Source: the human T2T-CHM13v2.0 reference genome, Homo sapiens
Assembly: GCF_009914755.1 (NCBI RefSeq)
Contig: NC_060940.1
DNA: 64,000 nt
Strand: one strand, 5' to 3'
Part shown: in pieces, positions 57,501-64,000 of the stretch
How positions within the stretch are numbered: the first letter of the stretch is position 1
How the letters are laid out: every line of letters starts with the position of its first letter
Program-made: the position numbers and the translations under genes
The notes under the pieces: model-generated
Database searches by the model: none
Told to the model about the DNA's origin: nothing
What the model saw: the letters and a program-made list of their open reading frames with translations, nothing else

Positions 57501-60500
57501 ATTATTCCATTCGAGTGCATTAGATGATTCCATTCGAGTCCATTCGATGATTCCATTCGATTCCATTCGATGTTGATTCTGTTCAAATCCATTCGATGAT
57601 TCCACTCGATTCCATTCGTTGACTCCATTTGATCCCATTCGATGATTTCCTTTGATTCCCTTTGATGATCATTCCATTTGATTCAATTCGGTGATTTCAT
57701 TTGATTCCATTCAGTGATGTTTCCATTCGACTCCATTCGATGATGATTCCATTCGACTCCATTCGATTATGATTTCATTCAATTCCATTCGATAATGATT
57801 CCCTGCGAGTCTATTCGATGATTCCATTCGATTCCATTCAACGATGATTTGATTCGTGTCCATTCGATGATTCCATTTGATTCCACTTGATGATGATTCC
57901 ATTCGAGCCCATTTGATGATTCCATTCAATTCCATACTCCGATGATTTCTTTTGAGCCCACTCAATGCTTCCACTCGATTCCATATGATGATGACTCCAT
58001 TCGATGAAATTCGATGATGATTCCATTCGCTTGCTTTCGATGATGATTCCACTTGAGTCCGTTAGAAGATTCTATTCAATTACATTCCATGACGATTCCG
58101 TTCGAGTCCATTTGATGATTCCATTAGACTCCATTCGACGATGATTCCATTCGATGTTATTCGATGATTCCATTCGATCTCATTCGATGATGATTCCATT
58201 CAACTCCATTCGATGTTTCCATTCGAGTTCATTCTATTATTCCATTAGATTCCATTCGATGATGATTCCATTCGATTCCATTTGATGATTGCATTCTATT
58301 TCATTTGATGATGATTCCATTCGAGTCCACTCGATGATTCCATTCGAGTCCATTTAATGAATCCATTGGTTTCAATTCTATGATGATTACATTGGATTCC
58401 ATTCGTTGATGATTTCATTCGGTTCCATTCAATGATGATTCCATTCAATTCCTTTCAATGTTTCCATTCAATTCCATACGATGATGATTCCATTTGATTT
58501 GATTCGACAGTGAGCCATTCGATTCAATTCCATGATGATTCTATTTGATTCAATTGGTTGACATTTCCATTCGATTCCATTCGATGATGATTCCCTTTGA
58601 TTCCGTTCAAAGATGATTCCATTCTAGCCCATTCAATCATTCCATTCGATTCTATTCAATGATGATTCCATTCATGTCGATTTGGTGATTCCATTTGACT
58701 TCATTTGATGATGATTCCTTTCAAGTTCATTAGATGATTCCATTCGATTCCATTTGATGATGATCCCATTCGAGTCCATTCAGTGATTCCATTCATTTCC
58801 ATTCCATGATGATTCCATTCCTTTCCATTCAATGATTCCATTCGATTCCGTTTGATGATGATTTCATTCGAGTCCATTTGATGATTCCATTTGATTCCAT
58901 TCGATGATGATTCCATTCGAGTCCATTCGATGATTCTATTCGAATCCATTTGATGATTTCTTTTGATTATATTTGGTGATGATTCCATTGGAGTCCATTC
59001 AATGATTCCATTCTATTCCAATCGATGATGATTCCATTAGAGTCCATTTAATGATTCCATTTGATTCCAGTCTCTGATGATTACATTCGAGTCCATACGA
59101 TGATTCCACTCAATTCCATATGATGATGATTCCATTTGATTCCATTCGGTGATTCCATTCTATTCTATTCAATGGTGATTCCATTCGAGTACATTAGATG
59201 ATTCCATTCGATTCCATTCAATGATGATTCTATTTGTGTCCCTTAGATGATTCCACATGATTCCATTAGATGATGATACTATTTGAGCCCATCCAATGAT
59301 TCCCTTCGATTCCATTCGATGAGGATTCCATTCGATTCAATTCATTGGTGATTCTATTCAATTCAATTCTTTGATTCCATTCCATTCCATTCGACAATAA
59401 TTCCATTCGATTTCTTTCGATGATTCCACTCGATTCCACTTGACATTGATTCCATTCGATTCCATTCAATGATTCCATTTGATTCCAGTGGATGATGATT
59501 GCCATCGATTCCATTCGATCACTCCATTCTATTCCATTTGATGATGATTACATTCGATTCCATTTGATGATTCCATCTGATTCTATTCGAGGATTCCATT
59601 TGATTCCATTCGATGATGTTTCCATTCGACTCCATTCGATGATGATTCCATTCGACTCCATTCGATTATGATTTCATTCAATTCCATTCGATAATGATTC
59701 CCTTCGAGTCCATTCGATGATTCCATTCGATTCCATTCAACGATGTTTTGATTCGTGTCCATTCGATGATTCCATTTGATTCCACTTGATGATGATTCCA
59801 TTCGAGTCCATTTGATGATTCCATTCAATTCCATACTCCGATGATTTCTTTTGAGCCCACTCAATGCTTCCACTCGATTCCATATGATGATGACTCCATT
59901 CGATGAAATTCGATGATGATTCCATTCGCTTGCTTTCGATGATGATTCCACTTGAGTCCGTTAGAAGATTCTATTCAATTACATTCCATGACGATTCCGT
60001 TCGAGTCCATTTGATGATTCCATTAGACTCCATTCGACGATGATTCCTTTCGATGTTATTCCATGATTCCATTCGATATCAATCGATGATGATTCCATTC
60101 AACTCCATTCGATGTTTCCATTCGAGTTCATTCTATTATTGCATTAGATTCCATTCGATGATGATTCCATTCGATTCCATTTGATGATTGCATTCTGTTT
60201 CATTTGATGATGATTCCATTCGAGTCCACTCGATGATTCCATTCGAGTCCATTTAATGAATCCATTGGTTTCAATTCTATGATGATTACATTGGATTCCA
60301 TTCGTTGATGATTTCATTCGGTTCCATTCAATGATGATTCCATTCAATTCCTTTCAATGTTTCCATTCAATTCCATACGATGATGATTCCATTTGATTTG
60401 ATTCGACAGTGAGCCATTCGATTCAATTCCATGATGATTCTATTTGATTCAATTGGTTGACATTTCCATTCGATTCCATTCGATGATGATTCCCTTTGAT

Positions 60501-62771
60501 TCCGTTCAAAGATGATTCCATTCTAGCCCATTCAATCATTCCATTCGATTCTATTCAATGATGATTCCATTCATGTCGATTTGGTGATTCCATTTGACTT
60601 CATTTGATGATGATTCCTTTCAAGTTCATTAGATGATTCCATTCGATTCCATTTGATGATGATCCCATTCGAGTCCATTCAGTGATTCCATTCGTTTCCA
60701 TTCCATGATGATTCCATTCCTTTCCATTCAATGATTCCATTCGATTCCGTTTGATGATGATTTCATTCGAGTCCATTTGATGATTCCATTTGATTCCATT
60801 CGATGATGATTCCATTCGAGTCCATTCGATGATTCTATTCGAATCCATTTGATGATTTCTTTTGATTATATTTGGTGATGATTCCATTGGAGTCCATTCA
60901 ATGATTCCATTCGATTCCAATCGATGATGATTCCATTAGAGTCCATTTAATGATTCCATTTGATTCCAGTCTCTGATGATTACATTCGAGTCCATACGAT
61001 GATTCCACTCAATTCCATATGATGATGATTCCATTTGATTCCATTCGGTGATTCCATTCTATTCTATTCAATGGTGATTCCATTCGAGTACATTAGATGA
61101 TTCCATTCGATTCCATTCAATGATGATTCTATTTGTGTCCCTTAGATGATTCCACATGATTCCATTAGATGATGATACTATTTGAGCCCATCCAATGATT
61201 CCCTTCGATTCCATTCGATGAGGATTCCATTCGATTCAATTCATTGGTGATTCTATTCAATTCAATTCTTTGATTCCATTCCATTCCATTCGACAATGAT
61301 TCCATTCGATTTCTTTCGATGATTCCACTCGATTCCACTTGACATTGATTCCATTCGATTCCATTCAATGATTCCATTTGATTCCAGTGGATGATGATTG
61401 CCATCGATTCCATTCGATCACTCCATTCTATTCCATTTGATGATGATTACATTCGATTCCATTTGATGATTCCATCTGATTCTATTCGAGGATTCCATTT
61501 GATTCCATTCGATGATGATTCCATTCGAGTCCATTCGATGATTTCATTCGAGTACATCCAATGATTCCATTCGAGTCCATTAGATGATTCCATTTGATTC
61601 CATTTGAAAATGATTCTACTAGAGTCCATTCAATGACTCCATTCGAGTCCATTCAACAATTCCATTCGACTCCATTCGATGATTCCATTCGATTCCATTT
61701 GATGGTTCCATTCGAGTCCATTTAATCATTACAGTCGAGTCCATTTGGTGATTCCACTGGATTTCTTTTGATAATGATACCATTCAATTACATTTGATGA
61801 TGATCCCATTCAATTTCATTTGATGATGATTCCATTAGAGTCCATTCGATGATTTCATTCGAGTCCCTTCATTGATTCCATCCGATTTCATTGGATGATG
61901 ACTCCATTCGAGTCCATTCGATGATTCCACTCGATTCCATTAGATGACTCCATTGGAGCCCATCTGATTGTTCCATTCGATTCCATTCGATTCCTTTCGA
62001 AGATTATTCCATTTGAGTCCATTCGATGATGATTCCATTCCATTCCATTTGATGATTCCGTTTGATTCCATTCGATGATTCCCTTCGATTCCTTTCTTTG
62101 ATGATTCCATTCCATTCCATTCAATGATTCCATTCGAATCTATTCCATGATGATTCCTTTCGATTCCATTCGCTGATGTTTCCGTTCAATTCCATTCGAT
62201 GATGATTCCATTCGATTCCATTCATTGAGGATTCCATTTGATTCCATTCAATGATGATTCCATTCTATTCCATTCAATGATTGCATTCAATTCCATTCAA
62301 TGATTATCCCCTTAGAGTAAACTCAACGATTCCATTCAATACCATTCGATGATGATTCCTTTTGAGTCCATTCAATGATTTCATTCAAGTCCATTTGATG
62401 ATTCCTTTCAATTCCATTCTATGATGATTCCATTCGAGTCCATTCGATGATTCCATTCGATTGCATTCGATGATTCCATTATATTCCATTCAACGGTGAT
62501 TCCATTCGAGTCCATTCCATGATTCCATTAGAGTACATTTAATGATTGCTTTGTTTTCAATTCGAAGATGATTACATTGGATTCCATTCTATGATACCAT
62601 TCGATTCCATTCAATGATGATTCCACTCAAATCCATTGGATGATTCCATTCGTGTCCATTCGGTGATTTCATTAGATTCCATTCGAGGATGATTCCATTC
62701 GATTCCATTCGATGATTCCATTCAATTCCATTAGATGATGATTCCATTCCAGTCCATATGATCATTCCATT
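43592..62771 (+). repeat. 8011-bp tandem super-repeat: copies 43592-51602, 51603-59613 and partial 59614-62771
   Basis: ORFs recur at +8011 with private variants (44122/52133/60144, 43715/51726/59737, 46567/54578/62589, 50690/58701). The same novel junction occurs at 51603 and 59614. Confidence 0.92.
48529..56539 (+). repeat. Macro-unit U9, 8011 bp (6112 + 1899-bp repeated segment)
   Basis: Anchors at 48529 and 56540. The segment homologous to 49704-51602 is repeated at 51603-53501. Confidence 0.92.
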
Positions 62772-64000
62772 CAATTCCATACGATGATGATTCCATTTGA
62801 TTTGATTCGACAGTGAGCCATTTGATTCAATTCCATGATGATTCTATTTGATTCAATTGGTTGACATTTCCATTCGATTCCATTCGATGATGATTCCCTT
62901 TGATTCCGTTCAAAGATGATTCCATTCTAGCCCATTCAATCATTCCATTCGATTCTATTCAATGATGATTCCATTCATGTCGATTTGGTGATTCCATTTG
63001 ACTTCATTTGATGATGATTCCTTTCAAGTTCATTAGATGATTCCATTCGATTCCATTTGATGATGATCCCATTCGAATCCATTCAGTGATTCCATTCATT
63101 TCCATTCCATGATGATTCCATTCCTTTCCATTCAATGATTCCATTCGATTCCGTTTGATGATGATTTCATTCGAGTCCATTTGATGATTCCATTTGATTC
63201 CATTCGATGATGATTCCATTCGAGTCCATTCGATGATTCTATTCGAATCCATTTGATGATTTCTTTTGATTATATTTGGTGATGATTCCATTGGAGTCCA
63301 TTCAATGATTCCATTCTATTCCAATCGATGATGATTCCATTAGAGTCCATTTAATGATTCCATTTGATTCCAGTCTCTGATGATTACATTCGAGTCCATA
63401 CGATGATTCCACTCAATTCCATATGATGATGATTCCATTTGATTCCATTCGGTGATTCCATTCTATTCTATTCAATGGTGATTCCATTCGAGTACATTAG
63501 ATGATTCCATTCGATTCCATTCAATGATGATTCTATTTGTGTCCCTTAGATGATTCCACATGATTCCATTACATGATGATACTATTTGAGCCCATCCAAT
63601 GATTCCCTTCGATTCCATTCGATGAGGATTCCATTCGATTCAATTCATTGGTGATTCTATTCAATTCAATTCTTTGATTCCATTCCATTCCATTCGACAA
63701 TGATTCCATTCGATTTCTTTCGATGATTCCACTCGATTCCACTTGACATTGATTCCATTCGATTCCATTCAATGATTCCATTTGATTCCAGTGGATGATG
63801 ATTGCCATCGATTCCATTCGATCACTCCATTCTATTCCATTTGATGATGATTACATTCGATTCCATTTGATGATTCCATCTGATTCTATTCGAGGATTCC
63901 ATTTGATTCCATTCGATGATGATTCCATTCGAGTCCATTCGATGATTTCATTCGAGTACATCCAATGATTCCATTCGAGTCCATTAGATGATTCCGTTTG
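56540..64000 (+). repeat. Partial macro-unit U10 with the 1899-bp junction (59614) and a second rearrangement junction (62765-62771)
   Basis: CCAGTCCATATGATCATTCCATT runs directly into CAATTCCATACGATG...CGACAGTGAGCC. Marker ORF spacing 62589 to 63004 is 415 bp, against 4123 bp normally (46567 to 50690). Confidence 0.9.

Larger units (their letters stand above)
1..64000 (+). repeat. Human Satellite 2 (HSat2/HSATII) tandem array, CATTC strand on +; probably HSat2B subfamily with ~6.1 kb macro-unit (16q11.2-like pericentromeric heterochromatin)
   Basis: Continuous degenerate ATTCC pentamers arranged as 23-bp (ATTCCATTCGATTCCATTCGATG) and 26-bp (plus GAT) monomers, with dense TCGA and GANTC sites. 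Pure (CATTC)n runs are short, which argues against HSat3. The 6111-6112 bp period is seen in repeated ORF coordinates. Family call is strong; subfamily and chromosome rest on my recall of the ~6.1 kb chr16 HSat2B period. Confidence 0.95.

Noticed and set aside
259-63817. Numerous 60-132 aa minus-strand ORFs (MESSNGIEWNH…)
   Set aside because: These are direct translations of (GAATG/CATCATCGAATG)n. They overlap in several frames, are low complexity, recur with the satellite period, open and close with single substitutions, and show no recognisable domain.
1-64000. CRISPR-like array suggested by 23-26 bp repeats
   Set aside because: There are no unique spacers, leader or cas genes. The repeats are contiguous and degenerate.
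1-64000. HSat3, alpha satellite or telomeric repeat
   Set aside because: Long perfect CATTC runs are absent and CGATGATG is dominant. There is no alphoid sequence or CENP-B box despite the 170-bp spacings, and no TTAGGG arrays.
1-64000. Embedded Alu/L1/LTR insertion or strand inversion
   Set aside because: I saw no non-satellite stretch, poly(A) tail or GAATG-oriented block, and all anchor-to-anchor lengths are fully explained by the listed indels.
1-64000. A previously undescribed gene-based biological system
   Set aside because: Nothing in the sequence supports one. The novelty is limited to structural variants of a known satellite family.

Overview
The whole 64 kb window is one uninterrupted, single-orientation array of CATTC-derived classical satellite DNA with the CATTCGATGATG / GAGTCCATT signature of Human Satellite 2 (HSat2/HSATII). 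It contains no credible genes, RNA genes, transposons or CRISPR; every ORF in the track is a translation artefact of the repeat. Above the 5-bp and 23/26-bp monomers there is a ~6.1 kb macro-unit. That period fits the HSat2B type known from human 16q11.2, though this assignment is inference and not a database match. Using a once-per-unit anchor (CGTACG at 70, 5926, 12037, 18148, 24259, 29801, 36109, 42417, 48529, 56540), unit lengths are 5856, 6111, 6111, 6111, 5542, 6308, 6308, 6112, 8011 and a final rearranged partial unit. Each length difference maps to specific indels: a 570-bp deletion, 26-bp and 170-bp duplications, an 1899-bp extra segment that creates a new 8011-bp super-unit, and a 3708-bp deletion. 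These junctions show microhomology. I found no new gene system. The points of interest are the record of satellite array evolution, especially the emerging 8011-bp higher-order repeat, and a periodic DUX4-like motif. All comparisons were made by eye and from ORF-track offsets, not by computed alignment.
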